Assembly: GCA_963846575.1 (NCBI GenBank)
Contig: CAWJWJ010000001.1
Location: 1,184,001-1,248,000 of the forward strand
Reading direction: 5' to 3'
DNA from: an uncultured Nitrospiraceae bacterium
Lineage (GTDB): Bacteria; Nitrospirota; Nitrospiria; Nitrospirales; Nitrospiraceae
DNA: 64,000 nucleotides
Below are positions 30,344 through 43,259 of this stretch, piece by piece. The first letter of the stretch is position 1; the number at the start of each line of letters is the position of its first letter. The notes under the pieces were generated by a model. The model saw only the letters and a program-made list of their open reading frames with translations, was not told the origin of the DNA and ran no database searches. The translations under genes and the position numbers were made by a program.

Positions 30344-31546
30344 ATGATGCAACCTGGAAACAGCATGCGGAAGGAATCAGCTGGTCGGCCGGGTCGGAAG
30401 AGTGCGTTTGCAACGGTCTGTCTCTGTCTGGCGTTGTGCGTGGAATTCGAATGGCAGGGCACCGGCCGGGAGCTCTGGGCGGCGGAACAGGGCGGATGGT
30501 CGCTTCTGCTGGCCAACGGGACGCAGGCACGGGAGGAAGCGCGTTACGCCGAGGCCGAGCATCTGTTGGCACAGGCGCTGCGTGAAGCTGAGCAAGACGG
30601 GTCCGATTCCGGTCGGATCGCGACGGCTGCCAATAATCTGGGGCTGCTCTACCACGATCAAGGACGGCTCGCCGAGGCGCAGACCCTGTATGCGCGGGCC
30701 CTCGGCACCTGGGAAGCGCTCTATGGACCGGAGCATGAACAGGTCGCCGCAGCATTGAACAATCTGGCGGAAATCGCCCAGGCCGAGGGAGACTGGGTCA
30801 AGGCGGAGCCGTTGTATGAGCGGGTACTGGCAATCGAGCGTAACGTGTTGGGCGCGGCGCATCCCGACGTGGCGATCAGTCTCAACAACCTGGCCGAACT
30901 CTATCGGAAGCAAGGCCGTGATGCCGCGGCAGAATCCCTGTATCGCCTGGCGCTCACCCTCCTGGAGGAAGCCTACGGTGCCGAGCACCAGGAATTGGGA
31001 GCCGTGCTCAACAACCTGGCCGTTCTTTATAAAAGCCGGGGGTTATATGTGTGGGCGGAACCGCTGTATTTGCGGGCATTGGCGATACGCCGTGCTCGAT
31101 TCGGTGACGAGCATCCTGTGGTTGTCACGAGCTTGAACAATCTTGGCTGCCTGTATCACGCGGAAGGTCTCTATGCTTCCGCCCAACGGTCGTTCGATCA
31201 GGCCCTGGCCGTTTCAGAACGGGTGTCCGGTCCTCAGACCTCCTTGACGGGGACGATTGTCGGCAATATGGGGCTGCTCGCGGATGAACAGGGTCTGTTT
31301 ACCGAAGCCCAGCTCCTTTATCAGCGCGCGCTCGTGATCCAGCAACGGCAACTGGGACTCCACCATCCGCTGGTCGGGCTCTTGTTCGAGCGGTATGCGA
31401 GGGTGCTCGAGCGGGTGGGGCAACCGGTCGAGGCCGGGTTGTATGCCGCCCGGGCGGCATCGATTCGTGCCGGGTCGGGGGCACAGGCTTCGAGGAAGCA
31501 AGCCGCCGTCAACGAGGATCCGTCCGCGGGAGCATTTTCGCGATAA
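30344..31546 (+). CDS. Exported TPR protein (42-aa kinesin-light-chain-type repeats)
   Basis: Repeated HPxVAxSLNNLAxLY...AEPLYxRAL; start uncertain. Confidence 0.85.
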   Translation: MMQPGNSMRKESAGRPGRKSAFATVCLCLALCVEFEWQGTGRELWAAEQGGWSLLLANGTQAREEARYAEAEHLLAQALREAEQDGSDSGRIATAANNLGLLYHDQGRLAEAQTLYARALGTWEALYGPEHEQVAAALNNLAEIAQAEGDWVKAEPLYERVLAIERNVLGAAHPDVAISLNNLAELYRKQGRDAAAESLYRLALTLLEEAYGAEHQELGAVLNNLAVLYKSRGLYVWAEPLYLRALAIRRARFGDEHPVVVTSLNNLGCLYHAEGLYASAQRSFDQALAVSERVSGPQTSLTGTIVGNMGLLADEQGLFTEAQLLYQRALVIQQRQLGLHHPLVGLLFERYARVLERVGQPVEAGLYAARAASIRAGSGAQASRKQAAVNEDPSAGAFSR

Positions 31547-31944
31547 CGCGTCCGGTAGCGCGGGTGGGAGGTGCCTGCGCCATGTACCTCCGATCGGCCT
31601 CCGGTGACGGCAGCTGCCGCGGGTTGCGGACTCTGCCCTTCCTCCGGACGACGGTATCGTACCAGTGATCGGTGGACGGAGCTCGATGGTTGGACTGCGC
31701 TGACCACGCAGTGAGCTCCGACGAGGGAAGCGTACACCCATGCGCTTCCCTCTCCCACCTTCCTTGGTTTCCTCGAATCAGCCTGGGTTCGTGAACACCG
31801 TGCCTGAAGCGTCACCGTAGAGCCGCGCCGGTCTCTGTCGCGGATTGATGCGATTCTGTAGCAAACATCGGCATCCGTGAGTGTCCGTCTGTAGACGGCG
31901 AAAGGTAACGCGGGTTATAAGTCCGGTTCCGAAAGGGGGCAGTC

Positions 31945-32288
31945 ATGGGCGGGTTTGTTCTCGTTATGGTCTAAGTTCTGATATTGGCCGGCTGGTCGCC
32001 TGTCGGCGCCTCGGATGATTCGCTGGAACGGATTTTGCGCGCGCAAGCGTTCAATCGGGAGTTTGAATGATTCGATTCGTACTACGTGATGATCGAGGCA
32101 GATCGGCTGCAGGCCGACGGTTCGCGCGAGGTATTAGCGATTGCAAGCAGAAAATTTTCGGACAATACCAAACGTATGAAAGTGTTGTTCTTGATCCTCA
32201 ATGATCATATTATCGGCGGCCAGGTTTTGAGGGTACCGGTCTCCCGCCTTGCCTGGCGTCGGATTTTCGTTCGTCCTTATCTCTTTAA
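31945..32288 (+). pseudogene. Disrupted small exported protein
   Basis: AAGGGGG SD + ATG; signal-peptide-like frame with in-frame TAA (31972) and TGA (32068) and a likely frameshift near 32229. Confidence 0.6.
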
Positions 32289-32306
32289 CCTGACAGGAGG
32301 TTCCGT

Positions 32307-32786
32307 ATGCTGAGCAGAGTGGCAGTGATGGTTCTGGGAGTGGTGGGCGCGTTGTCAGTCGAAACGACGGCGTGGGCGCTGCAGGCCGGTGGCGTCGAGG
32401 TCGGCGACCTCGAGACCGGTTCAGTCGTAGGCCAGCCGTTCAAGGAGCTGGACGTGGACGTGCAGCTCTTTGCCGTCGATTTGGGAACCGTGAAAACCTG
32501 GTATCCTCCGACGACCGTGATCGATTTTAAGGTCAGGCCGGGTAAGCCTGTCTTGATCAAGATTACGAACACCACCTCGACGGAGCGGGGTTTCCAGATG
32601 ACCGACAAACTGAATGAGGGTTCGCCGTTTGTGATGAAGGCTGAAGTGGTCCTGAAGCCCGGTGAAACCAGGTACATCGGGGTCCCGACAAGCGATCTGT
32701 TTTATGCCACCCAGGGCAACACGATTCTCTACCATGACCATCTCAATCCGAAACAGCCTGGCGGGAAGTTGATCATGTTGAAGTAG
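32307..32786 (+). CDS. Exported cupredoxin-fold-like protein
   Basis: AGGAGG SD, signal peptide; PVLIKITN...ERGF...VLKPGET...YHDHLNP...GKLI resembles cupredoxin topology. Confidence 0.6.
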   Translation: MLSRVAVMVLGVVGALSVETTAWALQAGGVEVGDLETGSVVGQPFKELDVDVQLFAVDLGTVKTWYPPTTVIDFKVRPGKPVLIKITNTTSTERGFQMTDKLNEGSPFVMKAEVVLKPGETRYIGVPTSDLFYATQGNTILYHDHLNPKQPGGKLIMLK

Positions 32787-32808
32787 CGTCACGATCTCGC
32801 GAGGAGTC

Positions 32809-32854
32809 CAGTGCCCCGTTCATCGTTTCGGATGGACGGGGCACTGTCATTTTT
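32809..32854 (+). terminator. Intrinsic terminator
   Basis: CAGTGCCCCGTTCATC-loop-GATGGACGGGGCACTG followed by TCATTTTT. Confidence 0.75.
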
Positions 32855-32949
32855 GGCGAGGGGAGGCTCCGGTCTTCGATGCCTTACGGGAGAGGCGGCC
32901 TCGTCAAAATCTCCGGTGAGGCGGCGGCGTTCAGGGATCGGAGCGATTC

Positions 32950-33510
32950 TTACCAGTAGTAGGGAAAGGCACGCCCGTAGGGGCCCCAGAAGGAATAACC
33001 GAAGGGGCCATAGTATGGGTAGGGATAGGCGCGGTTTCTCCATTGGTGAGATTCTTGCGCGGGATTCCAGGTGTGAAGAGTTTTGATGTCGATGACGGGA
33101 TAGGTGTAATCCGTTTCGTCGAGCGGCAGGACCATGGAGCCGGTCAGTTCGCCGGTGATAGTGACGAACGTGCCGTGGGGAACCGTCGCCGGGTCCAGGA
33201 ACTCCCGCTGAATGGCGAGAAAGCGACCCTGGGATTTCATGAGGTCAAGGGTCGGTTGTTGCGACTCGTTGAGAGGGAGCTGGAGTACTTCGATGCGGGT
33301 GCCGTCTTTCATCCGCCGAGCCGTGAGCACCTGGCCTCCGAGCACGAGAGGTTGGCCTCTGAAGGAATCCGGGCTGGCCTTGATCTGCGCAAATGGCGGC
33401 GTCTGTGGCGCGTCCTGGATGGAATCGCGGACCTCGTTCGAAGCGCTACACCCCGCCAGGACCGCGGCAATCGAGAGCATCACAATCCGCTCTAGAAGTT
33501 TGGCACGCAT
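32950..33510 (-). CDS. Slp-family outer-membrane lipoprotein
   Basis: Lipobox LAGC; GGQVL, IEVLQLPL, GRFLA...FLDP, YTYP; aromatic-rich tail. Confidence 0.88.
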   Translation of the reverse strand: MRAKLLERIVMLSIAAVLAGCSASNEVRDSIQDAPQTPPFAQIKASPDSFRGQPLVLGGQVLTARRMKDGTRIEVLQLPLNESQQPTLDLMKSQGRFLAIQREFLDPATVPHGTFVTITGELTGSMVLPLDETDYTYPVIDIKTLHTWNPAQESHQWRNRAYPYPYYGPFGYSFWGPYGRAFPYYW

Positions 33511-33606
33511 CACGGGCATTATACCAGAGGCATAAAGTAGCGAGCATTGTTTATAATGCCGAGTAGACTGTCGAATGATATGGAGCGTAGAAAAGGAGTG
33601 CATCGT

Positions 33607-34251
33607 ATGGTGAAGCGTCGTGGGTGGGGGCGAGGACTGGTTGGAACGATGGTGGTGACGGCCGCATTGGTGTTCGCAGGCTCAGTCTGGGCGGGCAAGG
33701 CCGAATTGAAGGGCAAATTCGAGATCCTTAAGGACGAGCTGTCGACGCATAAGCCGGGGAAGGTCCAGCTGATAGAATTTGCCGATTTCTATTGTCCCCA
33801 TTGCCACCGGTTTGACCAGGAAGGTATCCCTCTTCTGGAAAAGGAATTCGGAAAAAAATTGGAAGTCACGATGGTCGGATACCCGGTCATGCCAGGAAAG
33901 TTGCCCACCGCGTTCGACATGTATGAACAGGCCAGAATCATGGGCAAGGGCGATGAGATGAAGCGGGTCTTGTTCCGGATCATTCACAAGGACAAGATCG
34001 GCATCATCGACCGGACGATCCGCGAATTGCTGATCCGCGACGTGGGGCTTGATCCGGTGAAGTTTGAAGAAGGGTTGGCCAGCGCCAAGCCGGCAAGGAT
34101 TTTTGAGGAAGGCCGGAAATGGGGTGATCGGATCAAGGTGCAACAGACGCCCACCGTGTTATTGGATGGGAACATCAAGGTGGAGCAGATCGATCCTGAC
34201 AATCTGAAGGTGGTCATCCAGAGCATTCTGGATGGCGATGTGAAGAAATAG
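33607..34251 (+). CDS. DsbA-like thiol-disulfide oxidoreductase
   Basis: EFADFYCPHC, cis-Pro QTPT; signal peptide. Confidence 0.87.
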   Translation: MVKRRGWGRGLVGTMVVTAALVFAGSVWAGKAELKGKFEILKDELSTHKPGKVQLIEFADFYCPHCHRFDQEGIPLLEKEFGKKLEVTMVGYPVMPGKLPTAFDMYEQARIMGKGDEMKRVLFRIIHKDKIGIIDRTIRELLIRDVGLDPVKFEEGLASAKPARIFEEGRKWGDRIKVQQTPTVLLDGNIKVEQIDPDNLKVVIQSILDGDVKK

Positions 34252-34305
34252 CAGGTATCCATCGGGAGGCGCGGCGCCTCGCAACTTTATTTCCCGGGGC
34301 ATGGC

Positions 34306-37172
<2,867 letters not shown>

Positions 37173-37176
<4 letters not shown>

Positions 37177-38684
37177 GTTCTGAGTGTGTGCCCTCTCCAC
37201 GCATGATAGGCTGGGGCCTGCCGTTTCGAAGGATGTGCAACGCCATGTCGTTTCCCCTCTGTCGCCCGTTCGTTGTGATTGCCGCGCTGTGCGGTGCGTT
37301 GTTTGGATCTTATGCTGTGGGGCCGGTGGCTGAAGCCGGTTCCGGCTCGTTACCGCTGCGTCCAACGCCGGTCAACACGATTGCTGACCTGCAGACGCAG
37401 GTGCGCACCACGGCGGCCAAAGTCATCCCCGCCGTCGTCAGTATTGCCTCCACGGTCATGGTGCACGATCAAACCTTCAGCGATGAAGGCCTTCCGTTCG
37501 GCATGCTCAAAGACGCGCCGCCTCGCCGGCAATACGGTCAAGGATCCGGCGTGATCGTGTCGTCGGATGGTTATATCATCACCAATAATCATGTGGTGGG
37601 GGATGCGGGAAACGTGGAAGTCATTTTGGCGGATCGCCGGCAATTCAAGGGCCGCGTCGTGGCGACGGATCCCAAAACCGACGTGGCGGTCGTCAAAATC
37701 AACTCCACGGGGCTTCCTACCGCGGCCTGGGGTGATTCGAGCGCCCTCGCGGTCGGCGATTTCGTACTGGCGATCGGGAACCCGTTGGGATTGAGTCGCA
37801 CGGTGACGTTCGGCATTGTCAGCGCGGTCGGTCGCGCGGACGTCGGCGTGGCCGACGTGGAGGATTTCATTCAAACCGATGCGCCGATCAATCCCGGGAA
37901 TTCCGGCGGCGCATTGGTGAACATCAACGGTGAGGTCGTCGGGATCAATACCGCCATCGCGAGTCCGACCGGCGGCAGCGTCGGGGTGGGATTCGCGATT
38001 CCCAGCAATATGGCGCGAACTGCCATGCAAAGTCTCATCAAGACCGGCCGCGTGGTGCGGGGGTTCCTGGGCGCCTCGACGCAGGATGTCACGCCGCTCC
38101 TGGCCAAGATCTTTCATTTGCCTGATGTCAAAGGTTCGATCGTGACTGACCTCCAGTCCAAAGGGTCGGCTGAGCGGGCCGGGTTGAAGCGCGGTGACGT
38201 GGTCGTGCGTTTCGACGGGCGTGACGTCATGGACAGCGGCCATTTGCGCAACCTGATGGCGGCGGCAGTCATCGGCAGCAAACACCGGATCGAGCTGATC
38301 CGTGATGCCAGGCTCATGCAGACCGAACTCATCGTGCAGGAGGCTCCCCGGGAGCGGGTCAGAAAGAGTCAGTCGGCAGATACCGCGAGCCTGACGACGA
38401 ATCCATTGGCCGGCGTGATCGTCGACGATGTGACCCCGGCACTGGCGCGGCAGTTGGATTTGGCTGTCGATTTCGGACTGGTCGTGACGGATATCGAAGA
38501 AGGAAGTTTGGCCGAGGTGTCCGGTCTTCAGCCCGGCGACCTCATTGTGGAACTCAATCGCCAGCCGATCCCGAATTTCGCCACCTTTCAACGGCTCGCC
38601 GAAACGTTCCGTTCCACCGATCTCGCGCTCCTCCTCATTAACCGCCAGGGCAATCTCCTCTATATCCCGATCCAAGCCGAATAG
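37173..38684 (+). CDS. HtrA/DegP-family serine protease with two PDZ domains
   Basis: [17 protein letters not shown]; start uncertain. Confidence 0.92.
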
Positions 38685-38725
38685 ATTCCGGTCACACGCT
38701 CCATGCAGGCGTCGTGATTCTTCGG

Positions 38726-38771
38726 TTGACGCCCGGCGTTCGCGGTGTTACGTTTTTAAAAATCGTAACAC
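38726..38771 (+). promoter_or_regulatory. nikR promoter overlapped by a NikR-type operator
   Basis: TTGACG-N17-TACGTT (extended TG); perfect inverted repeat GTGTTACG-N11-CGTAACAC at 38745-38771. Confidence 0.8.
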
Positions 38772-38782
38772 TGGTGATGGTC

Positions 38783-39202
38783 ATGAAAAAGCTTGTCCGC
38801 TTCGGGGTCTCACTCGATCAGCATCTGCTCATGGACTTCGATCGACTGATCGAGCGCCGTAGATATACCAGTCGGTCCGAGGCGATTCGCGATCTCATCA
38901 GGGATAATCTTGTGGGTCAGGAGTGGGACGAGAACAAAGAGACGGTGGGCACGATTACCTTTGTCTATGATCATCACGTCCCGGATCTGACGCGAAAGCT
39001 CACCCACATTCAGCACGACTTCCAAGGTCACATCATGGCCGGGATGCATGTCCATCTTGACCATGACCATTGCCTGGAGGTTCTGGTGGCGCGAGGCAAG
39101 GGGGGCGCCATCCGGAAGGTGGCCGACGCATTGCTCAGCGTCAAGGGTGTCAAGCATGGAAAGTTGACCATGAGCACGACCGGCAAGGGACTGGGCCTCT
39201 GA
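38783..39202 (+). CDS. nikR: Nickel-responsive regulator NikR
   Basis: RFGVSL, SRSEAIRDLIR (RHH); YDHH, QH, HVHLDHDHCLE Ni ligands. Confidence 0.96.
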   Translation: MKKLVRFGVSLDQHLLMDFDRLIERRRYTSRSEAIRDLIRDNLVGQEWDENKETVGTITFVYDHHVPDLTRKLTHIQHDFQGHIMAGMHVHLDHDHCLEVLVARGKGGAIRKVADALLSVKGVKHGKLTMSTTGKGLGL

Positions 39203-39707
39203 TGCCGATCTGTGGCGGCGGTGGCCTGATCGGCGGATAGCCAAAGGGGCGGTGTGGCGTTGCGGATGGGGCGCAGGAGGTCCTTGGCCGGAGAATCAAT
39301 CGAATCCCTGCCAAAGCGCTGGCGAGGGCCATCGAAACTTGCACTCAAACCCGCCCGGCCGGTGGGGGATCGGCCTTTTCTGAGCGCCGGTATGCACGTG
39401 GGTTTCTTGAGTCCTCCGATGTCCGGTTCCCTAGTTGGGAACGTCACTGCCATTGTTGTGCAGGCGTTGCTCGAATCTGCCGCGATAAGTTGTTCTTCCC
39501 GTCGGCGTCGGGGGATGAGTGCTCCAGGCGTCGAGTGACCATGCCGCTTAGCGCATTGCGTCTCTTCTGAGGCAATCGCCTGAGTGCCACCGCGGGTTTC
39601 TCACGTTCACGACATTCGGATCGCGAGGTCCTGAACCGGCCGAATCGGGGCGCCTGTCCGCTCTCATGAGCGCCCCGTCCCTGCATGCGATTTGAATCGG
39701 AGTGGTT

Positions 39708-41753
39708 ATGCGACGGTTGGCACGTATCCTAAGTCTGACAGTGCCCATGGTTCTTTCCGGTCTGACAGTCTTCGCCCATGACCCGGACCTGCTCGATATC
39801 GAGGTTCCGGAAGTAACCATAGAGGCAAAGCGTCCCATTGCCGCCTCGTCCCAGCAGTTCATCCCCGACAAAGAATACGTGATGCAACCGCAAGGGCGAC
39901 CCGCGCAGGTTCTCCGTCTGATTCCAGGGCTGGTCACGGTGGAACATTCCGGAGGGGCGGGGAAAGCGGATCAATATTTCCTGCGCGGGTTCGATGCGGA
40001 CCACGGTACGGATGTCGCCTTCTTCGCCGATGGCATGCCGATCAATTTACGGTCGCATGCGCATGGTCAGGGATATGCCGACTTGAACTTCATCATCCCG
40101 GAAACCATTGAAGGAGTGGATGCCTACAAGGGGGCCTATCACGTCGAGTTCGGAGACTTCTCGACGGCCGGAGCGGTCAATTTCAGGACCAGGGACGCGG
40201 TTCGCGAAGGCATCGTGCAGGCGGCCGGCGGGCAGTTCGATACGCACCGGTATCTGCTGATGCTGTCTCCCACGAAGGACAAGGTTCGGACGCTCGTTGC
40301 GGCGGAAGGCTACTACACCAACGGGCCGTTTCAGAACGACAATCGTTATGTTCGGGCGAATCTGTTGGGGAAGGCGACGGTGAATCCGACGGTCCGGTCT
40401 GAATTGAGCCTGACCGGAACCTTTCAGAAATCGCAGTGGAACGCCTCGGGCGAAATTCCCTTACGGGCGGTGCAGGACGGCTCCCTCAATCGATTCGGCG
40501 CGATCGATCCGTCCGAAGGGGGGAACACGCTGCGTTCGACCCTGCGCCTCAATTACCATTATGACACGCCAACCGGCGGTCACTGGTTCGCGAATGTGTA
40601 CGGGCAGTATTACCGATTCGATCTGTTCACGAACTTCACATTGTTTCTCGACGACCCTGTCAATGGCGATGGGATTCAACAATCCGACCGGCGGGTCATG
40701 TACGGTGGAGATCTCGGTTATCGACAGGCCCTTCACGCTCTGGACATGGACAGCGTGGTCACGGTCGGCCTGCAGTCGCGGGTGGACGATATTCATGCGC
40801 GTCTGGGCACGCAAACCAGACGCAATCCACTGGGAACGACGATCAATAGCACAATTTTCGAAGCCTCCTATTCGCCGTTTGTAAAATTGGAGGTGCAACC
40901 GGCCTCATGGCTGCGATTGACCGGCGGAGTGCGAAGTGAGCTGTTCACATTCGATGTGCGTAATCGCTGCCCTGATTGCGCCGAACAGCCGGCCGGACAC
41001 ACCAGCAGCGGACTCGTGCTCCCCAAGGCCAATATGATTCTTGGACCCTGGTTCCGCACGGAGATGTTTGTAAACTATGGCGAGGGTTTCCACAGTAATG
41101 ATGCGCGGTCAGCCGTGACGCCCGGCTCCGCTTCCCTTGCGCGTGCCAAAACCTACGAGGTGGGGCTTCGATCCAAACCCTGGGGACCAGAGGGATTGGA
41201 ACTGATCGCCACCTTGTGGGCGATTGATCTCAAATCAGAGTTGCTGTTCATTGGGGACGCGGGCACGACGGACATCCGCGGGGCGACACGACGGCGTGGC
41301 GTGGAAGTAACCGCACGCGGCCAGATTGCGGGTCCTCTTTATTTTAACGGCAGTATGACCTGGTCGCAGGCGGAATTTGTCAACGGCGATGCGGTTCCCC
41401 TGGCGCCGGAACTGACCGGTTATGGCGCGCTCATTGTGCGATGGCCGGAAGGCCTGACCTCTCAGCTGCAGGCGACCTATATGGGAGTCCGGCCCCTGGT
41501 GGAGGATCGCAGCATCAAGTCGCCTGCCTGGGTGACTCTTGACCTGTCCGAGCGTTATCACATTCCGGTTAAACTGGCGCATGGCCGCCTGGAAGGGTTT
41601 CTGTTTGTGCAAAACCTGTTCAACACCAAGTGGGAGCAGGCGGTCTTTGCATTCGAGTCGAGGCTGAGAACCGAAGCAGGGGGTGTGACGGATATCCACT
41701 TCGTGCCGGGCAATCCACGGATGGTCATGGGAGGCGTCGCGTGGTATTTTTAG
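39708..41753 (+). CDS. TonB-dependent receptor 3 (possibly nickel or other metal)
   Basis: QYFLRGFDADHGTD, HAHGQGYADLNF plug; C-terminal WYF; downstream of nikR. Confidence 0.9.
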   Translation: MRRLARILSLTVPMVLSGLTVFAHDPDLLDIEVPEVTIEAKRPIAASSQQFIPDKEYVMQPQGRPAQVLRLIPGLVTVEHSGGAGKADQYFLRGFDADHGTDVAFFADGMPINLRSHAHGQGYADLNFIIPETIEGVDAYKGAYHVEFGDFSTAGAVNFRTRDAVREGIVQAAGGQFDTHRYLLMLSPTKDKVRTLVAAEGYYTNGPFQNDNRYVRANLLGKATVNPTVRSELSLTGTFQKSQWNASGEIPLRAVQDGSLNRFGAIDPSEGGNTLRSTLRLNYHYDTPTGGHWFANVYGQYYRFDLFTNFTLFLDDPVNGDGIQQSDRRVMYGGDLGYRQALHALDMDSVVTVGLQSRVDDIHARLGTQTRRNPLGTTINSTIFEASYSPFVKLEVQPASWLRLTGGVRSELFTFDVRNRCPDCAEQPAGHTSSGLVLPKANMILGPWFRTEMFVNYGEGFHSNDARSAVTPGSASLARAKTYEVGLRSKPWGPEGLELIATLWAIDLKSELLFIGDAGTTDIRGATRRRGVEVTARGQIAGPLYFNGSMTWSQAEFVNGDAVPLAPELTGYGALIVRWPEGLTSQLQATYMGVRPLVEDRSIKSPAWVTLDLSERYHIPVKLAHGRLEGFLFVQNLFNTKWEQAVFAFESRLRTEAGGVTDIHFVPGNPRMVMGGVAWYF

Positions 41754-41881
41754 CAGGACGCTGTCAGAACTGGTTGATCTCCCTTGGTAACCGGGAGACA
41801 CAAGGCTACGACGGTCGCGAAAGGGATCAAATTCCCGGCGGGCCCAACGTTGCCCGGTGCGTGGAATAGCGGTGTTTCGAA

Positions 41882-42472
41882 ATGAGTGAACTCAGAGCTC
41901 GTAGGTTGGACCGTGCCTACTTCGCCCGGCCCACCCTCGATGTCGCGCGGTCGTTAATCGGCAAGTACCTGGTTCGCGAGCAGGACCAGGGTGTCGTCGC
42001 GGGTCGGATTGTGGAGGTCGAGGCCTACATCGGCCCGGAGGACAAGGCCTGCCATGCGTCGAAAGGCCGCACAGGTCGGACGGAGGTGTTGTTCGGTCCG
42101 CCCGGACATGCCTATGTGTATCTCTGCTACGGGATGCATGAAATGTTGAACGTCGTGACCGAGCAGGATGGATATCCGGCTGCCATCCTTGTGCGGGCGG
42201 TGGAGTGTGACGGGAGGCTCATCGACGGACCGGGCCGGCTGACCCGCATGTTCGGCATTGATCGCCGGTTGAATCGTTGTGACCTCACGGCCGGGGAAGC
42301 CCTCTGGTTCGAGGATCGCGGGGAGTTGCTGCCGCAGGGCGCATTGAAAACCTATCCGAGGATCGGGGTCGAATACGCAGGAGAATGGGCGAAGAAACCC
42401 TGGCGATTTCGACTGCATCTGGAGACGGGTCAGGTCAAAAGAAGCGTAAGGACAGCCAGGCGCCAAAAATAA
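41882..42472 (+). CDS. mpg: DNA-3-methyladenine glycosylase (MPG/AAG family)
   Basis: IVEVEAY, YVYLCYGMH, GPGRL, RIGV. Confidence 0.92.
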   Translation: MSELRARRLDRAYFARPTLDVARSLIGKYLVREQDQGVVAGRIVEVEAYIGPEDKACHASKGRTGRTEVLFGPPGHAYVYLCYGMHEMLNVVTEQDGYPAAILVRAVECDGRLIDGPGRLTRMFGIDRRLNRCDLTAGEALWFEDRGELLPQGALKTYPRIGVEYAGEWAKKPWRFRLHLETGQVKRSVRTARRQK

Positions 42473-42504
42473 ACGGGGCCGCCGTCCTGAGACGGCGGCC
42501 CCGT
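42473..42504. terminator. Hairpin terminator between convergent genes
   Basis: 14-bp perfect stem ACGGGGCCGCCGTC/GACGGCGGCCCCGT; A-run on the left gives a U-tract on the minus strand. Confidence 0.8.
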
Positions 42505-42527
42505 GTGTGATGCGTCAGGAGGGGAAC

Positions 42528-42893
42528 CTAGTCGATCTTCCGATCGCCGGTGATCTTCGTGGCCGAGGTCACAGGTGGCTCAATCTTGATTTGCGGTCCC
42601 TGCACGTTCGGCAACCGTCCGGCACCCTGGCTCTGAGTGATCCGCGCATTGTCGGTCTTGACCAAATTCTGCTCGGCATGTTTGGTGGAATTAGCGGATT
42701 TCATCAACGTGGAATCGCCGTGGGCGTCCTTCTGTCCCGGGTCATTGGCCGTCGGCTGTCCATTCACGGGGCTGCCGTCATTCTTCATCGGATAGCCTTC
42801 ATGCTTCGGCAACAGCGCCGGATTTGCGGAGGCCATCGAAACCATAAACAATACGCCTGCAAGGGTCGCCACGGTGCCGATCACGAATTTCAT
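42528..42893 (-). CDS. Small exported hypothetical protein
   Basis: AGGAG SD, signal peptide ending ASA, own near-consensus promoter. Confidence 0.8.
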   Translation of the reverse strand: MKFVIGTVATLAGVLFMVSMASANPALLPKHEGYPMKNDGSPVNGQPTANDPGQKDAHGDSTLMKSANSTKHAEQNLVKTDNARITQSQGAGRLPNVQGPQIKIEPPVTSATKITGDRKID

Positions 42894-42967
42894 ACCCCTA
42901 CTCCTTTGAAAGAATGTGAAAGTATGCTGGTCGATGATAATCGATTAGGAGCCTAAAGAGTGCCGGA

Positions 42968-42996
42968 ATCTTAACTATCCGGAGAAGCGGTGTCAA
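42968..42996 (-). promoter_or_regulatory. Sigma70 promoter
   Basis: TTGACA-N17-TAAGAT. Confidence 0.65.
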
Positions 42997-43259
42997 GGAC
43001 AAAGGGGGAAAGGCGTGGTGACCTGTAATCAGGCTCTTCGCTCGAGCATTTTGCGGTCTCAAAAGGCCCCCCCTAGGATGGAGTGTGCCGAGAATGGGCC
43101 TCCCGGGCCCGCATGGAAGGAATCCGGAACAGCCTCGTCTGGCTGCAGCAGAGTGGCCATGCCGGTCGTGGTCCGGATAGGCCGTGAAGAAAACTCTGGC
43201 GCTCGTGCAAGGACTGCAGTCTGAAGCCGGTCAGTTCGTGCGCCGGTGCGAACGAGGGT

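Noticed and set aside
32068..32070. In-frame TGA as selenocysteine
   Set aside because: The same frame also has TAA and a frameshift, the context is not Cys-like, and no SECIS is evident; pseudogene is simpler
39203..39707. Cobalamin or NiCo riboswitch, or a fourth RAPP leader, upstream of TBDR3
   Set aside because: No B12-box or other recognisable consensus and no RAPP/CxxxC ORF found by eye; an Rfam scan would be needed
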